This document shows positions 26,204 to 35,867 of a stretch of 64,000 nt of DNA, piece by piece. The stretch is from assembly GCA_022601595.1 (NCBI GenBank), contig JAJACI010000004.1, forward strand, positions 1,345 through 65,344. Reading direction: 5' to 3'. Under the pieces are notes generated by a model. It was given only the letters and a program-made list of their open reading frames with translations, ran no database searches and was not told the origin of the DNA. The DNA is from Chlamydiia bacterium. Lineage in GTDB: Bacteria; Chlamydiota; Chlamydiia; Chlamydiales; 2-12-FULL-49-11. Position 1 is the stretch's first letter; each line of letters opens with the position of its first letter. The position numbers and the translations under genes are program-made.

Positions 26204-27116
26204 CATTTTTTTTCTTAATATAGCCAAGTCGTAGCTCTTCTCCATAAACAAGCCTTAGTCCTAGAAGGACAATACCTGTTGATAGTAGAATTACAGGGGA
26301 AATAGGCTCGCCTAAGATGAAATATCCATGAATGGATGCAAAGATTGGGGAGAGCAGTCCAAAAAAGGATAGGACCGTTGCTGTGTATTTCTTTAGAAGA
26401 TAGCCATAAAGGTTATAACAGATAACATTTGATATGATGGTGAGGAAAATGAGCAATCCTGAGAGGCTTGCCAAGCTTCCCTCAACTATTGGTACTGGGC
26501 TCCAGCTGTCTATAAATATAGAGACAAGCAGGGATAGAGCGCCGCCAATGAGCATAGAGATACCATTTGCAATGGGAGGCGATATTTGATTATCTTTTAC
26601 CACCATCTTGAGGACGATCCAGCCATAAATAGCGAAAAATACCGCAAAGAACATAGAGATTTCAGCAAGCGAGATAGAGAAAAAAGAGCTGATTGACCCA
26701 TCGCTAGAGGTCATTAACACCGGTATAAAGCCTAAGACCCCAATCAAGATCCCAACCCACTTTCTTGGGGTCATCTTTTCCCTAAAATGAAAGTAGGATA
26801 AAACAGCCGTTAGAAAAGGGGATAGACTGTATAAAAAGCATACTTTAGCGCTGGCAAGCTGCCTCAAGCTCCAAAATTCTAAAATATTGGAGAGGAATAT
26901 GCTAAAAAATCCTAAAATTCCAAGGGCTAGCCACCCCTTCGCAGAAATCTTTTGCAAACTCTTTCTTTGAAAAATAGCGGTGAAGCCTAATAAAACAACA
27001 GCGCCTAAAATCATTCTCGTACCTGTTAAAAACACAGGAGGGGAATATTCTAATAATTTCTTACCAACCGGAAAGGCTAGCGACCACAAAAAATATAATA
27101 GGCTAGGTAAAATCAT
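26160..27116 (-). CDS. EamA/DMT family transporter
   Basis: 318 aa, 10 hydrophobic segments in two similar halves, typical of the drug/metabolite transporter family. Confidence 0.75.
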   Translation of the reverse strand: MILPSLLYFLWSLAFPVGKKLLEYSPPVFLTGTRMILGAVVLLGFTAIFQRKSLQKISAKGWLALGILGFFSIFLSNILEFWSLRQLASAKVCFLYSLSPFLTAVLSYFHFREKMTPRKWVGILIGVLGFIPVLMTSSDGSISSFFSISLAEISMFFAVFFAIYGWIVLKMVVKDNQISPPIANGISMLIGGALSLLVSIFIDSWSPVPIVEGSLASLSGLLIFLTIISNVICYNLYGYLLKKYTATVLSFFGLLSPIFASIHGYFILGEPISPVILLSTGIVLLGLRLVYGEELRLGYIKKKNANEQVPESDSLQKA

Positions 27117-27197
27117 GCCTTAATTTTACCCTTAATGCACTATTGCAGTCAACATCCTAATCCTATTACTCAGAAAGGTTGTAAAGTAATTTCTTGG

Positions 27198-27215
27198 TTA
27201 CTACAATTGTAGTAA
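27198..27215. repeat. short palindrome ttactacaattgtagtaa, shared with 57347-57368
   Basis: The context atttcttggttactacaattgtagtaa recurs near 57340. Confidence 0.6.
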
Positions 27216-27311
27216 GCTTGTTTATTCTTTTTTTTACAAAAAAAGCAAAGAATAGGATTCCAAAGGATTTTGATCCATTGGTTGGGTTTAAGAGGGAAAT
27301 CCTTTACTTAG

Positions 27312-27471
27312 GGAGACTCTGAAAAACGGACAGTTTTATAATCTTCCAGATTTCTTATAAATCTTATTTTTCGTGGCGCCCCATCCCTTCAGGGATGCCG
27401 CTTACTCCAAAATAGGATTTATTTCAAAAAATCTAAAAAGATTCTAAAAGGTGTAGTTTATCAGAGTCTCC
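27312..27471 (-). mobile_element. F1 element, full copy
   Basis: ggagactctgaaaaacggacag ... catcccttcagggatg ... gtagtttatcagagtctcc. Its right end abuts the tgt stop codon (27472-27474). Confidence 0.85.
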
Positions 27472-28617
27472 TTAGATTTCATCGTTTAAGATGGCAGCGC
27501 GCTTTGCGTTCATATAGCGTACCATATAGTGGAGGTTGTGTATGGATGCGAGGCTATGCGCTGTGTATTCATGGGAAGCAAATAGGTGATTGAGGTAGGC
27601 TAGGGAGTAGTTTTTACAGGTATGACAAGGGCAGCCTTCTTCAGGAGGGGAAAAATTGTCTTTGTATATCGCTTTGGTGACTTTAATTCCTCCAGCAGCT
27701 GTGAAAAGCGTGCCGTGGCGTGCCGCTTTTGTTGGGTAGGAGGAGTCGAAGGTGTCTATTCCCAGGGGAATTGCTTCTTCAAGTGACGATAGATCTCCTA
27801 TGCCAAGTAGGTGAATAGGAAACTCTTTGGGAATTTCTGGCACTGTATTGTGAAGGATTTCCATCATCTCGGTTTTGTTTTTCCCAAGACTTCCGCCTAT
27901 TGCAAAGCCGTCAAATGGCTGCTCTCTTAAGATGTGCACACTTTTTTTACGAAGGTTTCCATCCAATCCGCCGTGTACCACATTATACATGGCTTGCTGT
28001 TTTGGATTTTTTAGGTGCTCTTTTAAGGATCGTATTTCCCATCTATGGGTCCTTTCAAATGATTTAAGCAGGTCTTTGTCGGATATGTGGTAAGGAGGAA
28101 GTTCATCAAAAGGGATGATAATATCGGCGCCTAATGACTTTTGTATTTGTATCGATGTCTCTGGGGTGAGCAGCACTTTGCTACCATCTCTATAGGAGCG
28201 GAAGAGAACACCATCTTCTGTTATCTTTAGTACCGATCCTCCTCTATTTTTATTGCCAGAGCTTTTCAGCTCTTTAGCAACGCCGCCATAGGCTAGGGAA
28301 AAGACCTGGAATCCTCCCGAGTCAGTGATTAGCGGCTTATCTCTATTCATAAAAGTGTGCAGCCCGCCCGCCTTTTCGATAACCTCAGGGCCTGGCTGCA
28401 ACAGAAGGTGATAGGTGTTACAGAACATCAACTCAATTCCAATCTCTTCCACCATTTTGCTATCCAGTGCTTTTATCGTTCCATTGGTACCAACGGCCAC
28501 AAATCCTGGAGTGTGGATCACTCCGTGGGGAGTATGAATTTTCCCGACGCGGGCCCCTGATTTTTTGGAGGTGTGGATCACTTCAAAGTGAAAATCGGTA
28601 AGTGTTTGTGTTGTCAT
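27472..28617 (-). CDS. tgt: tRNA-guanine transglycosylase (queuine tRNA-ribosyltransferase)
   Basis: 381 aa with DSGGFQ, GLAIGG-like FAIGGS, and the zinc site CPCHTC...H. Confidence 0.93.
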   Translation of the reverse strand: MTTQTLTDFHFEVIHTSKKSGARVGKIHTPHGVIHTPGFVAVGTNGTIKALDSKMVEEIGIELMFCNTYHLLLQPGPEVIEKAGGLHTFMNRDKPLITDSGGFQVFSLAYGGVAKELKSSGNKNRGGSVLKITEDGVLFRSYRDGSKVLLTPETSIQIQKSLGADIIIPFDELPPYHISDKDLLKSFERTHRWEIRSLKEHLKNPKQQAMYNVVHGGLDGNLRKKSVHILREQPFDGFAIGGSLGKNKTEMMEILHNTVPEIPKEFPIHLLGIGDLSSLEEAIPLGIDTFDSSYPTKAARHGTLFTAAGGIKVTKAIYKDNFSPPEEGCPCHTCKNYSLAYLNHLFASHEYTAHSLASIHNLHYMVRYMNAKRAAILNDEI

Positions 28618-29264
28618 GCTATTTTCCTTGTGAGTAGTTTTGTGGCAGGGGTCATTATTACAATGGTGATCACCTTTATCAGGTAGCTAAAAATGACAAT
28701 GGATGGAAGATTTTGCAATACTCCGGCAAGGGCGCCATAGGTAAAACAAAGAGTGTCTAAAAATTGGGTGATAAGAAGCGCTATTAACATGGACGACTGG
28801 AAGCCCACTTTCTTTCTAAGCTTTGCAAAAATCAAGGTGTCAAGTTTCTGGAAGGCGGTCATACATAAAACGGAGACAAAAAATATTCTTGATGAAGGGG
28901 CAAGTAGGTTCGTGTATAAATTGCTCATTGATGCACCCTCGATCGCAGGGGTATAGGCAAGCAAGAAAAATGACATGAGCGGTAAAAACAATATAGAAAA
29001 GAGCCCTATGAGAATACTCTTATTTGCCGCCTCTTTGCCAAAGCGTTCTCTTAACAGATTGAGTGTTATAAAGGATCCTATCGTGTAGCAGTCGGTTGTG
29101 GTTACTGTTAATCCAAAGAGCACCGCTTGCTTTAAGATAAATAGATTAGCAAAGATTAGCTGTAATACAAAAATAGCTGTAAGACCCACTTTTCCAAATC
29201 TAGAAAAGATATATACGGAAAAGAGTATCGCGCTAATATGAAAGAAAAAAATCAGCTCATTCAT
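28614..29264 (-). CDS. yhhQ: YhhQ/VUT (DUF165) family queuosine-precursor transporter
   Basis: 216 aa, six hydrophobic segments. The stop overlaps the tgt start (28614-28617). Family assignment is by overall pattern and synteny with tgt. Confidence 0.6.
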   Translation of the reverse strand: MNELIFFFHISAILFSVYIFSRFGKVGLTAIFVLQLIFANLFILKQAVLFGLTVTTTDCYTIGSFITLNLLRERFGKEAANKSILIGLFSILFLPLMSFFLLAYTPAIEGASMSNLYTNLLAPSSRIFFVSVLCMTAFQKLDTLIFAKLRKKVGFQSSMLIALLITQFLDTLCFTYGALAGVLQNLPSIVIFSYLIKVITIVIMTPATKLLTRKIA

Positions 29265-29560
29265 TGTTCGAGCAGAGCCTTTAACTTGCCGCTTTCATGC
29301 AGCTGCGTAATAATATCACAACCGCCAATAAATTCTTTGTTTACATATAGCTGAGGAAGGGTTGGCCAGTCTGAAAACTGCTTGATTTCCGATCTTAACT
29401 GATCAGAATCCAAAACATTTCTTGTTGCAAATTCTACGCCATAAGACTTTAGAATTTCCACAACGCGTGCGGAATATCCACACATAGGAATTTCTTTATG
29501 CCCCTTCATGTAAACAATTACTTTATTTTCTTCGATATCTTTACTTATCTGCTCGCGCAT
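29261..29560 (-). CDS. grxD: monothiol glutaredoxin (Grx4 family)
   Basis: KGHKEIPMCGYS active-site region and WPTLPQLYVNKEFIGGCDI. Confidence 0.88.
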   Translation of the reverse strand: MREQISKDIEENKVIVYMKGHKEIPMCGYSARVVEILKSYGVEFATRNVLDSDQLRSEIKQFSDWPTLPQLYVNKEFIGGCDIITQLHESGKLKALLEQ

Positions 29561-29786
29561 TTTCCCACTCCTCTTCTGTATATGTCTGAATGCTTAGCGC
29601 ATGAAGGCTCTCTGCAAAATGCTTTTCTAAAACTTTTTTTACCGCTCTATGTCTTTTCAGCAGTGACATATCATTAAAAGAATTTGAAATAACCTTGCAT
29701 ATTCTAGAGCATGACCCTTCTTGTCCCTCTAAGACAACCCTTGATTGATCTATTGATTCGACGATTTCTTTAACCCATTTTTCCAT
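29541..29786 (-). CDS. bolA: BolA family protein
   Basis: 81 aa. RHRAVKKVL...LHALSIQTYTEEEW matches the BolA C-terminal pattern. It overlaps grxD by 20 nt. Confidence 0.75.
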   Translation of the reverse strand: MEKWVKEIVESIDQSRVVLEGQEGSCSRICKVISNSFNDMSLLKRHRAVKKVLEKHFAESLHALSIQTYTEEEWENARADK

Positions 29787-29976
29787 GGGTTAAAGTATAC
29801 ATAGAGCGCCTTTTTAAGCAAAGAGTTTGTAGGGGATAGTGGCAGCTAAAGACTTTACAGAAAAGTTAAAATTTATTTTATCTCTCATCTGTGTTTTATT
29901 AAGAAATGATGTATATTTTATAGATTATAATTATATTAAGTGGTATTATTTTAGTAATTTTAATTGGAGATAACAA

Positions 29977-31360
29977 ATGACAGCGATTCATTATTTAGGT
30001 GTAGGAGCTGGTCCTGTAGGACTTGCCACTGCAATTCATACAAAATTGAAATGTTCTTTAGAAGGTAAGAAAGTATCGGTTATATTATTAGATAAAAGAG
30101 ATACGTATGTACGCACTCACGGGGTTAGGCTAGAACAAGCTGTTCTAGAGCAGCTTGTTTTAAACGTAGATACTATATCAAGATCTATACTTTCTGAGGA
30201 AAAGTTTGCGATGTATAAGGCGCTGATCCGAGAATATAACGCCATGATACTCGGTCTTAAAGGGAATAGACCAATAAAAGAGATAGAGGAGAGGCTGTCT
30301 GCATTTGCGGAACAAATTGATAGTCTTTCAACTTCAAATAGGATGGACGATGAAGGTTTTAAAATCTTACAGGGCCCAGAATATACAGTATCTGCAGAAA
30401 AACCTCTCTCTTCATTTATAACGGAATATAACCCAACGATCGTGGTTGCTGCAGGCGGATATCGTTGTGCTGCTACGGAGCAAGTATTTGGTGCTCACTC
30501 AGTGAGACGTGCTTTTGATAAAAGTGAGACGTGCTTTTGATAAAACATTAAGTTATTTGGTAAAATTGAGATACACTGTACCTGAATTACCTTCCAAAAA
30601 ATGGCAACCAAGAGTTGCAAAAATGAGTACAAGTATAAGAAGTGGGCGATTTATAAGTGCTCCGGTATATTGGAAAAACAAAAAAGAAGATGGAACCGAG
30701 GACGGATATTGCGGGCAAGCCTTTACCACCATCACCAAGGCAGAGGTAGAGTCGCTTGAAAATTTACCTAAAGATGCTAACGGAAACATTTATGGAAGTA
30801 ATCTATACCCAATTACTGGTGATGATATGGTAGGGCTCAATTCAGACTCCGTGCAAGCTAGTTCTCGGGGGTTAAATAATACAAGAAGAGTAATAGCTGC
30901 CGAGTTAAGAGAGCTTAAAGCCACAAATCTTTATGGGAATATAATTAAATTAAGCGCTTACCATAACAAGAATTATGTATGTAATTATGAATATAATGAC
31001 GAAGGTTCTGATGCAAGCGTTCCAGTGGTTTCTGTGGGAGATGCCTCAGGCGGGGTTCCTTTCCAAAGAAGCTTATGTGGTAGTTTTCAAGCTATTCCCC
31101 ATTTACCAACTCTATTATCAACCGTATCATCAGGAAAAGTAGCTTCTGATGGTTTGAATGATTATACCAAAAAAGTCGATGGAATTTGGAAAAAAGAAAT
31201 TCGTCGCGCTCTTGGGCAGTCAAGGAAACTGAATGTTGGGAATTTACTTATACATTGCGTTCATCAATTGATAAAACCTCTTTCCCTTGCGATTATCTTA
31301 TTAGCTTCCGTGGTATTTACGCTTTACCGTCGCTCTAATCGAATGCAAAGAGAAGTGTAG
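29977..31360 (+). pseudogene. FAD/NAD(P)-binding monooxygenase-like gene with a C-terminal membrane anchor, split by a 22 bp tandem duplication
   Basis: ORFs 29977..30540 and 30509..31360 both encode VRRAFDK at their junction. The DNA has agtgagacgtgcttttgataaa twice in tandem (30501-30522 and 30523-30544). Deleting one copy fuses the frames. GVGAGPVGLATA sits at the N-terminus, GDASGGVPF later, and a hydrophobic tail LSLAIILLASVVFTL at the end. Confidence 0.75.
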
Positions 31361-31431
31361 TTTTTAAGTAATTGGATTATAAGAAGTGCTTTGTTATAAT
31401 AGAAGGGTGAAATAATTAAGGAATTTATAGT

Positions 31432-32484
31432 ATGCAAGTATCAGGCCATAATGCAGTTACATTGAGAACAGAGTCACCCGTTTCTGTTCTGGTGGATATA
31501 AGTAAAGGTAAAGGTGTTACAAATATTGCGATCGAGGCGATGGAGCCTTTAAAGCCGTGCAAAAAAGGAAATGAGCGGGGTAATATCGAGATGCACGCAA
31601 AAAATGCAGCTTGCTCCCTTTCAAGAGGCGCTAGGGAGCAAGCAACATCATTAAAAAAAAGTATTGATCAACTAAAAAAAGGCTTAGTATCTCAAATTTT
31701 TGGAACAGAGAAAACTTGTAAAAAAACAAAAAAAGCAGATACAGAGAAGATGTGGCTGGGATTTGTCATAGATTTTTTAAAAGAGATCAGGGCAGAAGAA
31801 GTGAAAGTTTTAGTAGGGGATTCTTCAGTAATTTATACTGAGTATGCAAATATATTTGAAGTATATAAAAAGGTGATTCCTGATCCATCAGACTCTAAAA
31901 AGGGCTCAAAATACCATTTATTAAAAGCAGGCGGCGGCACGCTCATTTGCAATTTAAAAGACTTACTTTACAGGATCAATGTCCAAGTAAGTGAGAAGCA
32001 ACAACGGCTTCAAAATCACCTAGAAGAGAATGCCAAATTAGAAACTCTATTAGGTACTTTTGCAAAAAGAGATGAAAGCTTATCCACCTTGAATAGAGAA
32101 GTGGTAGCGATGTTGCTCCGTGATTTTAAAGGTCTTATAGAGTTATATTTTGAGGGATGGAAAAAAGGAGATTGTAAGGACCTTCCAGTGATGGAAACAA
32201 GCACTGAATTGAATCAGTATATAGAACGCGAGCGCATAGAAAGTATATGCAACAGTGCGAAGACGTTTTTTAAAAAATATAACTTGGGGGATTGTCCTCT
32301 CACTTTTTTAATAGATACACATGTATCCCATCTTATTATTGAAACTTTAGCTTATTTTAAGGATTCTCCACTCAAAGTGAGAGAGGATTTTTATAATGGT
32401 ATATCGAAAACAGATAGGAAAAAGGTAGTCCAATCATTGATTGAACATCTTTCGTCAGTTAACCTTTTATTGCATTATAAATAA
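31432..32484 (+). CDS. hypothetical protein
   Basis: 350 aa, hydrophilic, no recognised motif. Confidence 0.6.
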   Translation: MQVSGHNAVTLRTESPVSVLVDISKGKGVTNIAIEAMEPLKPCKKGNERGNIEMHAKNAACSLSRGAREQATSLKKSIDQLKKGLVSQIFGTEKTCKKTKKADTEKMWLGFVIDFLKEIRAEEVKVLVGDSSVIYTEYANIFEVYKKVIPDPSDSKKGSKYHLLKAGGGTLICNLKDLLYRINVQVSEKQQRLQNHLEENAKLETLLGTFAKRDESLSTLNREVVAMLLRDFKGLIELYFEGWKKGDCKDLPVMETSTELNQYIERERIESICNSAKTFFKKYNLGDCPLTFLIDTHVSHLIIETLAYFKDSPLKVREDFYNGISKTDRKKVVQSLIEHLSSVNLLLHYK

Positions 32485-33857
32485 CCTTCCTCTTCTACAA
32501 TCAGGTCTTGTTCCATTAAATACGCGGTAAGCTCGCTTTTATCTTTTTTGGAAAAGTAAGGTCTTAGATTCAATGCAGAAACAGATCTAAACCCCATATA
32601 AAAACAGGTGTAAAAATGGTTGAGGTAGGGGATAGATAAGGTATAGGCTTGTGGATTAAATGGTACAAGACCTATCATGGAGGCCTCAGGAGCAAAGGGA
32701 GTGCAGTATCCGTTTGTAAAACATCTTTCGTCGTGTAAATATACGGTGTGTTTATACTTTATTTTTTCAAGAGGATAAAGAGTGTTAAATAGGTTATACA
32801 AGACAAAAGCAAGTCTCACAGGATAATTCCATAGCCGAAAGTGGCCTAGAGAGGAGTCCTGATAAAAGAAAGGTTTTTTATAAAATTCTTTTTCGATATT
32901 TTGAATAAGCGTTTTATTATCAGGATGCTTTATTTTAAGCTTATCAATGATATCTAAAAGATTGTCTTTTAAATGCTCGTGTAAAACCATATATGGTTTA
33001 CTTGTAAGATACGTTTTGTTCACAAAAAGATTGATGTGGTAAATAAGCCTACTCATATGCTTTTTACCCATAAATTGCTTATCTACCGTTACCACTGGAT
33101 TGGATTCTGGTATTGCTCTTATCCTCATCCTGATTTTCCTTTGCCTTGTCTCGGAAAAAAAGCGATTAAAATCGGACAATTGCTCCATTTGTTTTGGGGA
33201 AATTTTTTTAAGCAGGGTGCTTTGCTTGCCAAATTTTTCTAAAAGCCTTAGTATTTGATCTACAATTGCCTTGTTCATCGCTCGATAGAGGGTACTTTGT
33301 ATAGGAGCTCTATCTCCTTTTTGAATTTGTTTGATAAGCTGGGTAAGGTTACAAGGACCGTTTAGCTCTCCGCCCACATAAGCTGTGAAGTGATACGGCT
33401 GCATCCTATGATAGGGTGATAAGAATCTTTTGTTGTTCATCCACTCTCGCGCTCTTATTGCTTTAATATATATATGCAAATCTTTTCTAATTTGTAAAAT
33501 GCTCGCCTTTTTGTCTTTTCTAATTTGTAAAATGCTCGCCTTTTTGTCTTTAAATGGATGGATGGAGTGCTTTTCTTCTATAAACAATATAAGTTTTTTC
33601 ATAGTTGTATCAAGAGCCCAGGCAAGGTTCATGCAAGTGGGTAAATGGGCGATTTTTTTAGCAGAGTCCCAAGTGTATAACATGGAGGTGTCCCCATCTG
33701 TTTTCCTATTCTTTGAGAGAATCTCTTTTTCTACTTGAGATATAGCGCTAGTTGTAATGGATTCAGCTAATATAAGAGCGTGGAAAGGTCCATCATGTTG
33801 AGAGCCTTTTGATTCCAGCTCGGAAGGTCTGGCGTTAGCACCTATTTTACAGGACAT
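32475..33857 (-). CDS. hypothetical protein with an internal 11-aa tandem duplication
   Basis: 460 aa. KDKKASILQIR occurs twice, encoded by a 33 bp direct repeat at 33481-33546. Confidence 0.65.
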   Translation of the reverse strand: MSCKIGANARPSELESKGSQHDGPFHALILAESITTSAISQVEKEILSKNRKTDGDTSMLYTWDSAKKIAHLPTCMNLAWALDTTMKKLILFIEEKHSIHPFKDKKASILQIRKDKKASILQIRKDLHIYIKAIRAREWMNNKRFLSPYHRMQPYHFTAYVGGELNGPCNLTQLIKQIQKGDRAPIQSTLYRAMNKAIVDQILRLLEKFGKQSTLLKKISPKQMEQLSDFNRFFSETRQRKIRMRIRAIPESNPVVTVDKQFMGKKHMSRLIYHINLFVNKTYLTSKPYMVLHEHLKDNLLDIIDKLKIKHPDNKTLIQNIEKEFYKKPFFYQDSSLGHFRLWNYPVRLAFVLYNLFNTLYPLEKIKYKHTVYLHDERCFTNGYCTPFAPEASMIGLVPFNPQAYTLSIPYLNHFYTCFYMGFRSVSALNLRPYFSKKDKSELTAYLMEQDLIVEEEGYL

Positions 33858-34082
33858 ATTGAACTCTTTTTACATAAAAAATAAACTTTACTTTTAAAGA
33901 ATTTAAAAATCAAGGGTGCGCTTTTAGTGAAGAAGATTTGAGGGGGTAAAAAAGGGGAGAGCAGTCGATGGGAAAATGGCTACCTTGCGGTGCTACTTTC
34001 AACCTTCGGTGTTGCTCTCCTAACCTAAATAAAAGGTACCTGCTATTTAAACACAATTGTTTTTTTACCTTTGAGAGGGTAA

Positions 34083-34397
34083 GGAGACTCTGAATAACTG
34101 CTGGTTTCAATAATTTTTTCAGATTTCTCGAATAAACCCTATTTTGGAGTAAGGCTCAGCCCTGTAGGGCTGGGACGCCACGAAAAATCTGATTTATAGT
34201 CGTTAGTGTTTCATATGGCGTACTGTTCAATGAATTTTTGAGGGAATTTTGGAGGGTTTAGCGAGCTAATGTTTTAAATATTAGTAAGATGCATTTATCA
34301 AAAAGCTACAAAAATTCGCTTAGTGCGTCATAAGGAACAGTAATGACTATATAAGTAAGCTGGACTAATTATTCAGCATGAGTTATTCAGAGTCTCC
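34083..34397. mobile_element. F1 variant copy interrupted by a nested F2 element
   Basis: ggagactctgaataactgctggtttcaataa ... cagccctgtagggctg ... then F2 (34195-34351) ... gagttattcagagtctcc. Confidence 0.75.
34195..34351 (-). mobile_element. F2 element, full copy, nested inside F1
   Basis: Reverse complement of the 3717-3873 copy along its full length. TA on both flanks. Confidence 0.8.
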
Positions 34398-34453
34398 GTA
34401 ATGCTCATAAAGTAGTTGTGGACAATAGGCTAGATGAACATAGTTGAAATTAA

Positions 34454-34612
34454 GGAGAGTCTGATAAACTGCACTTTTTAGAATCTTTTCAGATTTTTGA
34501 AATACATTCTATTTTGGAGTAAGCGGCATCCCTGTAGGGATGGGGCGCCTCGAAAAATGGAATGGATAAGAAATCTGGGAGATTATAAATCTGCTTGTTT
34601 TTCAGAGTCTCC
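34454..34612 (+). mobile_element. F1 element, full copy
   Basis: ggagagtctgataaactgcac ... catccctgtagggatg ... ctgcttgtttttcagagtctcc. Confidence 0.85.
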
Positions 34613-34616
34613 TTAA

Positions 34617-34776
34617 GGAGAGTCTGATAAACTACACCTTTTAGAATTTCTTCAGATTTTTTGAAATAAATTCTATTTTGGAGTAAGCTGCATCCCTGTA
34701 GGGATGGAGCGCTTCGAAAAATAGGATTTATAAGAAATCTGGAAAATTATAAAATTGTCCGTTTTTCAGAGTCTTC
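34617..34776 (+). mobile_element. F1 element, full copy
   Basis: ggagagtctgataaactacacc ... catccctgtagggatg ... ttgtccgtttttcagagtcttc. It lies 4 bp after the previous copy and 18 bp before the mdh start. Confidence 0.85.
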
Positions 34777-34793
34777 TTAAGTAGGGAGCAAAT

Positions 34794-35756
34794 ATGAAAA
34801 AAATCAAGGTTGCGGTATCTGGAGGGGCAGGGGCATTATGCTACAATCTGCTGTTTCGGATAGCAGATGGAGAGGTGTTTGGGATGGATACCTCTATAGA
34901 GCTTAGTATCTTAGAGATCCCACAGAGTATGCAGACGCTTTCAGGGGTGAGGATGGAGTTGCTAGATTGCGCCTACCCGCTACTTAGTTCTGTAACCATT
35001 AGCGATTCTGCCGATGCTGTTTTTGATGGAGCAGATTATGTATTTTTAGTGGGGGCAAAGCCTCGAGGTAAGGGGATGGAGCGTATTGATCTTTTAAAAG
35101 ATAATGGAAAGATCTTTATGGAGCAGGGAAAAGCGTTAAATAGGGCAAAAGAGGCAAAAGTGCTAGTTGTTGGAAACCCTTGTAATACAAATGCTTTGAT
35201 CTTAAAGTATGCGGCAAAAGATCTTTCTCCAAATAATATACGTGCCATGACAAGGCTTGATCAAAATCGCGCGGTATCCATTATTGCGGAAAAAGCGGGG
35301 GTACCTGTTTCTGCTGTATCTGATCTTGTCATTTTTGGTAACCACTCCTCAACAATGGTTGTTGATTACCTTCATGCCACTATTAATGGTCAAAGCCTTG
35401 TAGAGGTGATAGATGATATGACCTTTCTTCAGCAAGAGATGTTGCCTAAAGTACAGAATCGGGGAGCAGAAATCCTTGCCCAAAGGGGATTATCCTCTGC
35501 CGCAAGTGCTGCAAACGCTGCTATTGATGCGATGAAGGACTGGTTAGACACTGAATCAGAGGGGGTTACTTGCGCAGGAGTATATTCTAATGGAAATCCC
35601 TATGGTATCGCAGAAGATTTATATTTTTCCTTTCCTTTGAAACAGGGGGAAATCGTAGAGGGATGGACTTTTGACCCTTTTTTAGACGAGCAGATCAAGC
35701 TTTCTGAAAAAGAGCTGCTTGCAGAGCGTGATATGATACGAGAGTATTTGAAATAG
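34794..35756 (+). CDS. mdh: malate dehydrogenase
   Basis: 320 aa. VSGGAGALCYNL dinucleotide fold, VGNPCNTNALI, and MTRLDQNRA substrate-arginine block of the long (cytosolic-type) MDH group. Confidence 0.88.
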   Translation: MKKIKVAVSGGAGALCYNLLFRIADGEVFGMDTSIELSILEIPQSMQTLSGVRMELLDCAYPLLSSVTISDSADAVFDGADYVFLVGAKPRGKGMERIDLLKDNGKIFMEQGKALNRAKEAKVLVVGNPCNTNALILKYAAKDLSPNNIRAMTRLDQNRAVSIIAEKAGVPVSAVSDLVIFGNHSSTMVVDYLHATINGQSLVEVIDDMTFLQQEMLPKVQNRGAEILAQRGLSSAASAANAAIDAMKDWLDTESEGVTCAGVYSNGNPYGIAEDLYFSFPLKQGEIVEGWTFDPFLDEQIKLSEKELLAERDMIREYLK

Positions 35757-35797
35757 TTATTCAGGGTCTCTATTCTAAACGATAATGACTATATATA
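35757..35797. repeat. remnants of F1 (gttattcagggtctc) and F2 (aaacgataatgactatata) termini
   Basis: Both lie immediately after the mdh stop codon. Confidence 0.45.
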
Positions 35798-35867
35798 GAG
35801 TTTGACTTTGCAGAGCCTTTTACGGTACTATTTGATATGCCGCAAATGGCGGATATCAGGAGATATT

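Noticed and set aside
33910-34110. 66 aa minus-strand ORF in the repeat-rich spacer
   Set aside because: It runs through the structured hairpin region and into an F1 terminus. There is no SD and no coding-like composition.
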